NCBI GenBank assembly: GCA_043810025.1
Contig: JBDRON010000102.1
Coordinates: 4,634 to 68,633 of the forward strand
Direction: 5' to 3'
DNA from: Elusimicrobiota bacterium
GTDB lineage: Bacteria; Elusimicrobiota; JBDRON01
Length of the DNA stretch: 64,000 nt
Positions 11,808 to 20,749 of this stretch are shown here, piece after piece. The position numbers and the translations under genes are program-made. Numbering within the stretch: the first letter of the stretch is position 1; the number at the start of each line of letters is the position of its first letter. A model generated the notes under the pieces. The model was given only the letters and a program-made list of their open reading frames with translations. It had not been told where the DNA came from and made no database searches.

Positions 11808-11900
11808 GTGTTCCCCCTTTAAAAAGGGGGATTAAGGGGGATTTTGAAAATTATAAATATTGTCTAAATCTTCCCTACCCCTCTTTATAAAAGAGGGAAA
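11808..11900. repeat. Family-A palindromic doublet (REPIN-like)
   Basis: ttccccctttaaaaagggggattaaggggg...cttccctacccctctttataaaagagggaa. Confidence 0.85.
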
Positions 11901-11941
11901 AAGTGCGTCAAAAAATGTTAACGCTCAGAGGAGGAAAGAAA

Positions 11942-12685
11942 ATGAAACTGCAAGACAAAGTAGTTATTGTTACCGGTGGAGCGCAGGGAATCGGCAAAGC
12001 GATTTCATTAGCTTTAGCCGGCGAAGGAGCAAAAATTTGTTTTGTTGATGTTCAGGAAGAAAGTGTGCGCCTGACCAGTGAAGAGGTGGCGAGGGATAAA
12101 AAAGTTGAGACGATGGCGCTGAAAGCAGATGTGAGTAAATTTGCCGAAACTGAGGAGATGGCAAAAAAAGTTCTTGACAAATTTGGTCGGATTGATATAT
12201 TAATTAACAACGCGGGGATTACCCGGGACAACCTTTTGATGCGGATGAGCGATGAAGAATGGGATCTGGTGCTGTCCATTAATTTGAAAGGCGTGTTTAA
12301 TTGCAGTAAAGCCGTTGTGCGGCCGATGTTTAAACAGCATTCCGGGAAAATTGTGAACATCGCTTCAGTAGTTGGACAGATGGGTAACGCCGGCCAGGCA
12401 AATTATGCGGCTTCTAAAGGCGGGGTGATTGCCCTGACTAAAACCTGCGCCCGGGAGTTTGCCTCGCGGAATCTGCAGGTAAATGCGATTGCCCCCGGTT
12501 TTATCCGAACCAAGATGACTGAGAGCTTATCCCAGGAAGTAAAGGATACTTTGGCTAAGCAGATCCCTCTGGGCCGGTTGGGGGAGCCGGAGGATGTCGC
12601 TAAGGCGGCGCTGTTTTTGTCTTCTGCCGATGCCGATTATATTACCGGACAAGTGATCGCTGTAAACGGCGGGATGTATATGTGA
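11942..12685 (+). CDS. fabG: 3-oxoacyl-ACP reductase
   Basis: TGGAQGIG, NNAG, YAASK, NAIAPGFI; SD gaggagg supports ATG 11942. Confidence 0.95.
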   Translation: MKLQDKVVIVTGGAQGIGKAISLALAGEGAKICFVDVQEESVRLTSEEVARDKKVETMALKADVSKFAETEEMAKKVLDKFGRIDILINNAGITRDNLLMRMSDEEWDLVLSINLKGVFNCSKAVVRPMFKQHSGKIVNIASVVGQMGNAGQANYAASKGGVIALTKTCAREFASRNLQVNAIAPGFIRTKMTESLSQEVKDTLAKQIPLGRLGEPEDVAKAALFLSSADADYITGQVIAVNGGMYM

Positions 12686-12852
12686 TTGCGGAATGCGGAT
12701 TGAGGAATTAAAAAAAAGGAAGTTTTGGTTATAAGTGTTGTTGGTAGTTTGCTGCTAAGGCAGCGCATTTTAGTTAAATTTCGGAATGTCGGCAAGGATT
12801 GTGGGGTAAAAAGTTTTTTCATTTCGCAATCCGAAATCTGCAATCCGCAATA
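12684..12852. repeat. Inverted heptamer arrays (TTGCGGA / ATCCGCA)
   Basis: gattgcggaatgcggattgagg ... ttcgcaatccgaaatctgcaatccgcaat. Confidence 0.75.
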
Positions 12853-12869
12853 TTTTAGGGGAGGGTAAA

Positions 12870-13115
12870 ATGAGCAAGGATTTGGAAACTAGAGTGAAGG
12901 AAATTATTGTTGAGCAGTTAGGAGTTGATCCAAGCGAAGTAACCCCGCAAGCCTCTTTTGTTAACGATTTGGGCGCAGATTCGTTAGATACGGTGGAGTT
13001 GGTCATGGCGCTCGAAGAAGAATTTGATGTGGAAATACCTGACGAAGATGCGGAAAAAATTCAGAATGTAGGTCAGGCGATAGAATACGTTAAAGCCCAT
13101 AATTCACAACAGTAA
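12870..13115 (+). CDS. acpP: Acyl carrier protein
   Basis: [14 protein letters not shown] phosphopantetheine motif. Confidence 0.97.
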   Translation: MSKDLETRVKEIIVEQLGVDPSEVTPQASFVNDLGADSLDTVELVMALEEEFDVEIPDEDAEKIQNVGQAIEYVKAHNSQQ

Positions 13116-13239
13116 TGAAGGCGTTTTTAATTCGTCCTATCTCATACTAGTAAAAAAATCTAATTAGAAAGATTAGAAAGGGATTTTATTATCCTCCCGG
13201 TTATTTTGTGCAGGGGGAGAGATCGTAAAAATATTAACA

Positions 13240-14487
13240 ATGAAAGATACTCCGATAGTGATTACCGGTATGGGGGTTGTTACCCCCATTGGTATAGGTA
13301 AAGAAGCATTTTGGGAAGGTTTAATCGCCGGCAAGTCCGGCGCCGGGCCGGTTAGTTTTTTCGATGTTAGCGCTTATTCCTGTAAGATTGATGCTGAGGT
13401 TAAAGGTTTCAATCCAGAGCTTTATATTGAAGATCGCAAGAGAATCAGGCGGATGGATCGGTTTACCCAGTTTGCTTACGCGGCTTCTAAATTGGCGATC
13501 GATGATTCCGGTCTGGAGTTGGATAAAGAAGACCGTGACCGTATTGGGGTGATAGTCGGTTCGGGTATTGGCGGTCTATCGGTAATCGAAAAGGAACACT
13601 CGATACTCCTCAGTAAAGGAGTGAGAAGGGTAAGTCCGTTTCTGATCCCGATGCTGATTCTTGATATTGCCGCTGGTGAAATTGCCATCGGGTTTGGCTT
13701 ACGAGGCCCTAATTATGCGATTTGTTCCGCTTGCGCTTCCAGCGCCAACGCGATCGGCGATGCTTTGCGTTTGTTAAGATACGGCGACGCCGATCTGATT
13801 GTTTGCGGAGGCACGGAGGCGGCGATTACTCCTTTAGGGTTTGGCGGGTTTTGCTCAATTCGGGCTTTAACGACAGCCTATAACGATCAACCGGAAAAAT
13901 CCAGCCGGCCGTTCGACGCTCATCGGGACGGTTTTTTAATGGGTGAGGGCGCCGGAATGGTTGTTTTAGAAACATTAGAACATGCCCGGAGCCGCGGGGC
14001 GAGAATCCATGCGGAGTTGGCCGGCTACGGGGCCACCGGTGATGCGTATCATATTACCGCTCCTGATCCTGCCGCGCACTCCTCAGCCCGGGGTATGCAG
14101 CTGGCTTTAGCTGATGGGAACATCGCTATTGAGGAAGTAGATTACATTAATGCTCACGGCACTTCCACCCAGCTTAACGATAAAACCGAAACTTATGCCA
14201 TCAAAAAAGTGTTTGGCGAGCTGGCCTACAAGATTCCTATTTCTTCCACTAAGTCCATGACCGGCCATCTCTTAGGCGCGGCCGGGGCGGTAGAGCTGGT
14301 AGCGTCAGTGCTTTGTATGCAGAAAGGGATTATTCATCCGACAATTAATTATGATTTCCCTGATCCGGATTGTGATTTGGATTATGTTCCCAACAAACCG
14401 CGGAATAAGGAAATAAGAATAGCTCTTTCTAATTCTTTAGGGTTTGGCGGCCACAACGCCAGCCTGGTCGTACGGAAGATTGAGTAA
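13240..14487 (+). CDS. fabF: 3-oxoacyl-ACP synthase II
   Basis: SACASS catalytic Cys, NAHGTST, SNSLGFGGHN. Confidence 0.96.
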   Translation: MKDTPIVITGMGVVTPIGIGKEAFWEGLIAGKSGAGPVSFFDVSAYSCKIDAEVKGFNPELYIEDRKRIRRMDRFTQFAYAASKLAIDDSGLELDKEDRDRIGVIVGSGIGGLSVIEKEHSILLSKGVRRVSPFLIPMLILDIAAGEIAIGFGLRGPNYAICSACASSANAIGDALRLLRYGDADLIVCGGTEAAITPLGFGGFCSIRALTTAYNDQPEKSSRPFDAHRDGFLMGEGAGMVVLETLEHARSRGARIHAELAGYGATGDAYHITAPDPAAHSSARGMQLALADGNIAIEEVDYINAHGTSTQLNDKTETYAIKKVFGELAYKIPISSTKSMTGHLLGAAGAVELVASVLCMQKGIIHPTINYDFPDPDCDLDYVPNKPRNKEIRIALSNSLGFGGHNASLVVRKIE

Positions 14488-14495
14488 AAAGATAT

Positions 14496-15197
14496 ATGTC
14501 AACCGTTAATTTAAAAAATCTGGAAAAAATAATTAAGTTTTCTTTTAAAAATCAGCGGTTGTTTAGAGAAGCGTTAACGCATAAATCCTACGCCATAGAA
14601 GCAAATAAGAAAAAATTTAATGAGCGTTTGGAATTTTTGGGAGACAGCGTCCTTTCTCTGAGTGTCAGCAGCTATCTTTTTAAAAAACATCCCAAGATAG
14701 ATGAAGGTGAGTTATCCCGCCTGCGCTCGGCGATAGTATCCGGAGAAAGTCTGACGGTATGGGCCAGAGACATTAAGCTGGGGGATTATTTGTTTCTCAG
14801 CCGGGGTGAAGATGTGACTGGCGGCCGAAGCCGCGGATCGACCTTAGCCGACGCTTTAGAGGCGCTAATCGGGGCCATTTATTTGGATTCCGGCTATGCG
14901 GCGGCGGAAAAATTTGTCTTGAACCGGCTAAAAAGAAGGAAGTTTTTACGGCTGGACTATAAATCGCAATTACAAGAAATAATCCAAAAGAAATACAAGA
15001 TTCCTCCGAGATATTCTCTGGTCAATGAGACTGGTCCCGACCATAATAAGACTTTTCAAATTGAGGTTTGGGTCGGGGAAAAATCATTTGGCTGCGGAGC
15101 AGGCAAAACAAAGAAACAAGCTGAACAACTGGCCGCCGGGGCCGCGCTGGAAAAACTCAAAACAACTTTGGAAAAAGATCTAGAAAAGCAGATTTAA
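14496..15197 (+). CDS. rnc: Ribonuclease III
   Basis: NERLEFLGDS signature; C-terminal dsRBD. Confidence 0.96.
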   Translation: MSTVNLKNLEKIIKFSFKNQRLFREALTHKSYAIEANKKKFNERLEFLGDSVLSLSVSSYLFKKHPKIDEGELSRLRSAIVSGESLTVWARDIKLGDYLFLSRGEDVTGGRSRGSTLADALEALIGAIYLDSGYAAAEKFVLNRLKRRKFLRLDYKSQLQEIIQKKYKIPPRYSLVNETGPDHNKTFQIEVWVGEKSFGCGAGKTKKQAEQLAAGAALEKLKTTLEKDLEKQI

Positions 15198-15235
15198 AGT
15201 TTTAGGAAAGTTGAATGGAAGATTGGAAGTTTTTT

Positions 15236-15328
15236 GAAGTTTTCCCCCTTTGATAAAGGGGGATTAAGGGGGTTAGGTTCTGACTTTCAAAACTCCCCTA
15301 ACCCCTCTTTATCAAAGAGGGGAATAAA
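15236..15328. repeat. Family-A palindromic doublet
   Basis: ttccccctttgataaagggggattaaggggg...ctcccctaacccctctttatcaaagaggggaa. Confidence 0.85.
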
Positions 15329-15345
15329 TTCGGGAGGGAAGAAAA

Positions 15346-16503
15346 ATGAATTATTTTTTTACTGAAGAGCAGAAAATGATTATTGACTTGGCTCGCAAGA
15401 TAGCTCAGGAGAAAATGAAGCCGATGCGCGAACATTACGATGCAGCGGAAGAGTTTCCCTGGGCGATTGTCAAAGAATTGGCTAAGGCTGATTTGTGTGG
15501 TGTTTATATTCCCCAGGAGTACGGTGGTTTTGGCGGCGGGGTGTTTTCCTTGGTCTTGGTTGTCGAGGAACTCTGCAAGGTGGATGGCGGTACGGCTTTA
15601 GCGATTGCGGCTACGGCTTTAGGCACGATCCCGATCCTCCTTTTTGGCAGCGAGGAGCAGAAGAAAAAATATCTCCCAGCGATCGCCAAGGGAGAAAAAT
15701 TGGCCGCCTTTGGTCTGACCGAACCGCAGGCCGGTTCGGATGCCGGAGCGACACAGACAACAGCCCGGCGCGATGGCGATGATTATATATTGAATGGAAC
15801 AAAATGTTTTATCACTAACGCCGGTGAAGCTGAAGTTTATACGGTGATTGCCATGACCAATAAAAGCAAAGGTTCACGGGGCGCTTCGGCTTTTATTGTC
15901 GAGAAAGGCACGCCGGGATTTACTTTTGGCAAAAAAGAAAAAAAGATGGGAATCCGCGCCTCGGCTACCGGGGAGTTAATCTTTCAGGATTGCCGCCTGC
16001 CGGCAAAAAACATGATCGGCAAGGAAGGTCACGGTTTTATCGTGGCGATGAAAACTTTGGACGCTTCGCGTCCAGGGGTAGCCGCCCAGGCGTTAGGTAT
16101 CGCCGCCGGCGCTTTGGAAGAATCCGTGCAGTATTCCCGTCAGAGATTACAGTTTGGCAAACCAATAAATTCTTTACAGGCCATCCAGCATATGCTGGCG
16201 GACATGGCCACTCAGGTAGAAGCGGCCCGGGCGCTGGTCTATGCGACAGCCCGAACCATTGACGCCAACCCCGGTGATCGAATCACCATGTATTCAGCGA
16301 TGTCCAAACTTTTTGCTTCCGATGTGGCGATGAAAGTCACCACTGATGCCGTGCAGATTTTTGGCGGCTATGGTTATATGCGGGAGTATCCGGTAGAAAA
16401 AATGATGCGCGATGCCAAGATTACCCAGATTTACGAGGGAACAAATCAAATCCAAAGAAACGAAATTGCCTTAGGCCTGCTTAAGGAAGCCGTAAAAGGA
16501 TAA
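15346..16503 (+). CDS. Acyl-CoA dehydrogenase (Bcd/CarC-like)
   Basis: FGLTEPQAGSDA, NGTKCFITN, QIFGGYGY, IYEGTNQIQ. Confidence 0.93.
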   Translation: MNYFFTEEQKMIIDLARKIAQEKMKPMREHYDAAEEFPWAIVKELAKADLCGVYIPQEYGGFGGGVFSLVLVVEELCKVDGGTALAIAATALGTIPILLFGSEEQKKKYLPAIAKGEKLAAFGLTEPQAGSDAGATQTTARRDGDDYILNGTKCFITNAGEAEVYTVIAMTNKSKGSRGASAFIVEKGTPGFTFGKKEKKMGIRASATGELIFQDCRLPAKNMIGKEGHGFIVAMKTLDASRPGVAAQALGIAAGALEESVQYSRQRLQFGKPINSLQAIQHMLADMATQVEAARALVYATARTIDANPGDRITMYSAMSKLFASDVAMKVTTDAVQIFGGYGYMREYPVEKMMRDAKITQIYEGTNQIQRNEIALGLLKEAVKG

Positions 16504-16508
16504 ACAAA

Positions 16509-17294
16509 ATGAATTTTATTGTTTGCATCAAACAGGTTCCGGCCACTACCGATGTCAAGATTGATTCACAAACCAACACCTTGAAACGAGAAGGTGTCGA
16601 AGCGATCGTCAATCCTTTTGATAATTATGCGATTGAAGAGTCCCTGATGCTGAAGGAACGGATTGGCGGCAAGGTTACCGTTCTGACGATGGGTCCGCCT
16701 CAGGCGGAGAAAGCTTTACGCGAGGCGATCTCGATGGGTGTTGACGAAGGGGTTTTGTTGAGTGACCGGGCTTTTGCCGGCGCCGACACCTTGGCTACCT
16801 CCTACACTTTATCGCAGGCGATAAAAAAAGTTGGCCGGTTTGATCTAATCCTTTGCGGCAAACAGGCTATTGACGGTGATACCGCCCAGGTCGGTCCGGG
16901 TATTGCCGAAAAATTAGGCATACCGCATATCGCTTATGTCCGAAAAATCGAGGAAATAAAACCCGGTTACATTCGGGTGGAACGGATGATGGAGGATGGG
17001 TTCGATATTTTGGAATCAACCCTGCCGGCTTTGATCACCGTGGTTAAAGAAATCAACATCCCCCGGATGCCTTCCTTAAGAGGGATGATGGCCTCCAAAC
17101 GGGCGACGATCCCGGTTTGGAATGCCCAAGCCATAGAGGCTGATCCGAACAAAATCGGCTTAACCGGATCTCCGACTTGGGTCTACAAGGTTTTCTCCCC
17201 GCCTCCGCGTGGCGGCGGCGAAGTGATCACCGGCGATCCAGCCGAACAAGCCCGGAAACTGGTAGCCAAATTAAGAGAAATGAAAGTAATCTAA
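16509..17294 (+). CDS. etfB: Electron transfer flavoprotein beta subunit
   Basis: CIKQVP, NPFD, GKQAIDGDTAQVG. Confidence 0.95.
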   Translation: MNFIVCIKQVPATTDVKIDSQTNTLKREGVEAIVNPFDNYAIEESLMLKERIGGKVTVLTMGPPQAEKALREAISMGVDEGVLLSDRAFAGADTLATSYTLSQAIKKVGRFDLILCGKQAIDGDTAQVGPGIAEKLGIPHIAYVRKIEEIKPGYIRVERMMEDGFDILESTLPALITVVKEINIPRMPSLRGMMASKRATIPVWNAQAIEADPNKIGLTGSPTWVYKVFSPPPRGGGEVITGDPAEQARKLVAKLREMKVI

Positions 17295-17295
17295 G

Positions 17296-17323
17296 GTAGA
17301 GACGCAAAATTTTGCGTCTCTAC
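17296..17323. repeat. 28-bp perfect GTAG palindrome
   Basis: gtagagacgcaaaattttgcgtctctac; identical copy at 50814-50841. Confidence 0.9.
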
Positions 17324-17362
17324 AAACACTGGGTATAAAATCAGGAAAGGAGTTGAATTATC

Positions 17363-18589
17363 GTGTCTTCGATAAAAGTTTTAGCGGAAAAATGTACCGG
17401 TTGTACTTTGTGCGTAAAAAAATGTCCATTTGGGGCGATCACGATGGTCGAGCGTCCAGACCATCCCAAAAAACAAAAATTAGCGGTGATTGATTTAGAT
17501 AAATGCACTTTTTGCGGAGCCTGCGTGGAGGCTTGCAAATTTGCGGCGATCATCATGAATAAAGATGCGGATGTCAAAGCTGATCTCTCTGCCTATAAAG
17601 GGGTGTGGGTTTACGCCGAACAGCATCGGGGAGAAATTGCCCCGGTAGTTTATGAACTGCTGGGTGAAGGCCGAAAATTGGCTGAGCAATTACAAGTACG
17701 ATTAAGCGCGGTGCTCTTGGGCGCAAAAATAGAAGTGAAAGCCCATGATTTAGTTCTCCATGGAGCGGATAAAGTCTATCTTTACGATGATCCGTTGCTT
17801 GCCGATTTTCAGGACGAACCTTATGCCCAGGTTTTGGCCGATTTAATCAAAGAAGAAAAACCGGAGATAGTTTTAATGGGCGCAACTAATATCGGGCGTT
17901 CCTTTGCCAGCCGGGTAGCGGCGAAAATCGAAACCGGTTTAACCGCCGATTGCACCGGTTTAGCCATCGACCTGAAAGAACGGAATTTAATGCAGACCCG
18001 GCCGGCCTTTGGCGGCAATATTATGGCCACTATTCTTACCCCGAATCGCCGGCCGCAGATGGCGACGGTGCGTCACAAGGTGATGAAGAAGGCGGAAATT
18101 GATTCCAACCACAAAGGGGAGATCATTAAAAAGACTGTTCAGACCCAAAATTTGGTTACCCATACCAAGTTTTTAAAGTCGGTTCAGGAGGAAACTTCTA
18201 CGGTCAATTTGTCGGAGGCCGATATTATCTGTTCCGGCGGCCGGGGTTTATGCAAACCGGAAGGGTTTAAATTGATTGAAGAGCTGGCCAAAACAATCGG
18301 CGGCGCCGTCGGTTCAAGCCGGGCCGCCGTTGATGCCGGCTGGATCCCTTATTCCCATCAGGTCGGCCAAACCGGCCGGACAGTCGGCCCAAAAATATAT
18401 TTTGCCTGCGGTATTTCCGGGGCGATCCAGCATCTGGTCGGAATGAATTCTTCCGACATCATCGTCGCCATCAACAAAGACCCCGAAGCCCCGATGATGA
18501 AAGTCGCCAACTTTGCCCTCACCGGCGACCTCTACGAAATCATCCCCGAAATCATCAAAGAAGTAAAACGCGTCCGCGGCGAAGCGTAG
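17363..18589 (+). CDS. etfA: ETF alpha subunit with N-terminal 2[4Fe-4S] ferredoxin domain
   Basis: [12 protein letters not shown] and [11 protein letters not shown]; [14 protein letters not shown]. Confidence 0.95.
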   Translation: MSSIKVLAEKCTGCTLCVKKCPFGAITMVERPDHPKKQKLAVIDLDKCTFCGACVEACKFAAIIMNKDADVKADLSAYKGVWVYAEQHRGEIAPVVYELLGEGRKLAEQLQVRLSAVLLGAKIEVKAHDLVLHGADKVYLYDDPLLADFQDEPYAQVLADLIKEEKPEIVLMGATNIGRSFASRVAAKIETGLTADCTGLAIDLKERNLMQTRPAFGGNIMATILTPNRRPQMATVRHKVMKKAEIDSNHKGEIIKKTVQTQNLVTHTKFLKSVQEETSTVNLSEADIICSGGRGLCKPEGFKLIEELAKTIGGAVGSSRAAVDAGWIPYSHQVGQTGRTVGPKIYFACGISGAIQHLVGMNSSDIIVAINKDPEAPMMKVANFALTGDLYEIIPEIIKEVKRVRGEA

Positions 18590-18614
18590 AAAGTAGAGGA
18601 AATTGAAAGTTGTT

Positions 18615-18703
18615 GAAGTTTTCCCCCTTTGATAAAGGGGGATTAAGGGGGTTAGGTTCTGTCTTTTAAACTCCCCTAGCCCCTCTTTATCAAAGAGGGG
18701 AAT
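18615..18703. repeat. Family-A palindromic doublet
   Basis: Near-identical to 15236-15328 and 44121-44208. Confidence 0.85.
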
Positions 18704-18812
18704 TATAAAAGCCCGCACCGAAGGTGCGCTAAGTATTCCTCCAATTTGCAAAAACTAACCTATTTCCTCATAGCTAAAAAGACAAAATGGATATTGTCTG
18801 CTGACATTAAAT

Positions 18813-18841
18813 TTGACATTTATCAAAAAATATCGTGTAAT
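18813..18841 (+). promoter_or_regulatory. Sigma70-like promoter
   Basis: TTGACA 18813-18818, 17 nt spacer, TGTAAT 18836-18841. Confidence 0.55.
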
Positions 18842-18859
18842 ATATGGCAATATATAATT

Positions 18860-18887
18860 GTAGGGGCAATTCATGAATTGCCCTTAC
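18860..18887. repeat. 28-bp GTAG palindrome
   Basis: gtaggggcaattcatgaattgcccttac. Confidence 0.85.
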
Positions 18888-18944
18888 ATGTGATTTAAAA
18901 TTTATAATTTCAAATTTCTTATTTCAGAAGGGGGTGGGACGAAG

Positions 18945-19889
18945 ATGCTCAAAGTAGAAAATCTTTCGAGAAATTTTGGGCAGGTGAAGGCGCTGGATAA
19001 TGTTTCCTTTGAAGTGAATAGGGGGGAAATTTTGGGTCTGCTTGGCCCTAACGGCGCCGGAAAGACGACGATGATGCGGATTATCACTTGTTTCCTGCCG
19101 GCCGGTGCGGGAACAGTCAAGGTTGATGGCTTGGATGTTTTCGAGGATTCCATGAAAGTCCGGGAAAAAATCGGTTATTTGCCGGAAAATCTTCCCATTT
19201 ACAACGACTTGTCGGTCCAGAGTTATTTAAATTATGTCGCCGAAATCCGCGGGATCGAAAAATCCCGTCGTCCGCAGGCGGTAGAGAAAGCGATGGAGAT
19301 GGTCAATGTTGCCGATAAAAGAAATCGGCTAATCGGTCATCTGTCCCGCGGCTACAAACAACGGGTGGGGTTGGCTCAGGCGATCATTCATAATCCGCCT
19401 TTGTTAATTCTTGACGAGCCGACGATCGGTTTGGACCCGAAGCAGATTATTGAAATCCGCCGGCTAATCAAAAGTTTAAAAGGCGAACATACGATTATCC
19501 TCAGTTCCCACATTCTGCCTGAGGTCAGTATGACTTGCGATCGGGTGGTGATTATCGATGAAGGCAAAATTGTGGCGATTGATACCCAGGAAGAGCTGAC
19601 TCATCAGGTAAAAGGGGCGGAAAAAATTTTCGTTAATTTAAAAACCAACGGTGATCCTTCCGTAGAGGAAAAAGTTGCCGCTTTGTCCGGGGTAGAGAAG
19701 GTGGAGGGCGAATATAAAGAAAGTTTTTGTTCGCTCACCATCGGCTGTCAAGCTCATCAGGAGATTCGGGAAGCTTTGTTCAGGATGGCGGTAACCAATA
19801 ACTGGGTGATTTATGAACTGCGGCCGATTCGGGTCAGTCTGGAAGAAATCTTCTTGCGGTTAACTACCGAAGAACAGGGGGTAAATTAA
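18945..19889 (+). CDS. ABC transporter ATP-binding protein (GldA-like)
   Basis: GPNGAGKT, LSRGYKQR, LILDEPT, SSH. Confidence 0.93.
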   Translation: MLKVENLSRNFGQVKALDNVSFEVNRGEILGLLGPNGAGKTTMMRIITCFLPAGAGTVKVDGLDVFEDSMKVREKIGYLPENLPIYNDLSVQSYLNYVAEIRGIEKSRRPQAVEKAMEMVNVADKRNRLIGHLSRGYKQRVGLAQAIIHNPPLLILDEPTIGLDPKQIIEIRRLIKSLKGEHTIILSSHILPEVSMTCDRVVIIDEGKIVAIDTQEELTHQVKGAEKIFVNLKTNGDPSVEEKVAALSGVEKVEGEYKESFCSLTIGCQAHQEIREALFRMAVTNNWVIYELRPIRVSLEEIFLRLTTEEQGVN

Positions 19890-19890
19890 A

Positions 19891-20601
19891 ATGGATAAAA
19901 TTTGGGCGATCGCCAAAAAAGAGTTCTACTCGTATTTTGTTTCACCGATTGCTTATATCGTTCTGGCGATGTTTCTGGTGATATCCGGATATTTTTTCTG
20001 GATTATTCTGGTTTATACCCAGCAGGCGGATTTGCGCGGTTTGCTGGCCAATATGGCGGTAATCCTGGTTTTTGTCAGTCCGATGATTACCATGCGCTTG
20101 ATTGCCGAAGAAAAAAAATCGGGAACAATCGAATTTTTGTTTACTTCCCCGATTCGGACCATCGATATCGTGTTGGGAAAATATTTGGCTTGTCTGGGGC
20201 TGTTTTTTGTCTTAGTGTTAATTACCGGCGCCTATCCGATAATGTTAGGGATCTTTGGTAATCCCGACTGGGGTCCGATTATTACGGCTTATTTAGGTTT
20301 TATTTTTCTGGGGATGACTTTTTTAGCGGTCGGTTTGTTTGGCTCCAGTTTAACCGAAAACCAAATCGTCGCCACCGTGATCAGTTTTACGATTTTATTG
20401 TTACTCTGGATAATTTCATGGGTTGGCGACATCGGCAGCGGCAGTAAGCTGGCCGAGTTTTTGAGCAATATTTCGGTTTTTGGCCATTTTGAAGATTTTG
20501 CCAAAGGGGTAATCAGCACTACCCATATTTATTTTTATCTGGCCGCAACTTTCTTCTTCCTGTTTTTAACCACGCAGGTTTTAGAGAAAAGACGCTGGTG
20601 A
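19891..20601 (+). CDS. ABC-2 permease (GldF-like)
   Basis: TMRLIAEEKKSGTIEFLFTSP, VLGKY; 6 TM segments. Confidence 0.88.
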   Translation: MDKIWAIAKKEFYSYFVSPIAYIVLAMFLVISGYFFWIILVYTQQADLRGLLANMAVILVFVSPMITMRLIAEEKKSGTIEFLFTSPIRTIDIVLGKYLACLGLFFVLVLITGAYPIMLGIFGNPDWGPIITAYLGFIFLGMTFLAVGLFGSSLTENQIVATVISFTILLLLWIISWVGDIGSGSKLAEFLSNISVFGHFEDFAKGVISTTHIYFYLAATFFFLFLTTQVLEKRRW

Positions 20602-20612
20602 ATATCTCGATG

Positions 20613-20716
20613 TTCCCTCTCCCCTTGTGGGAGAGGGCAGGGTGAGGGGTTGATAAGCAAAGGAATTGAATCTTTAACACCCTCACCTTAATCCTCTCCC
20701 CTCAAGGGAGAGGAAA
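20613..20716. repeat. Family-B palindromic doublet
   Basis: ttccctctccccttgtgggagagggcagggtgagggg...ccctcaccttaatcctctcccctcaagggagagg. Confidence 0.85.
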
Positions 20717-20749
20717 TGGCGTAGCATTACTCATTTAAGTAAGGAGGGG

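Noticed and set aside
18451-18589. DGR variable region as the cause of skewed codons
   Set aside because: No template repeat, reverse transcriptase or adenine-specific paired differences; protein sequence is conserved EtfA
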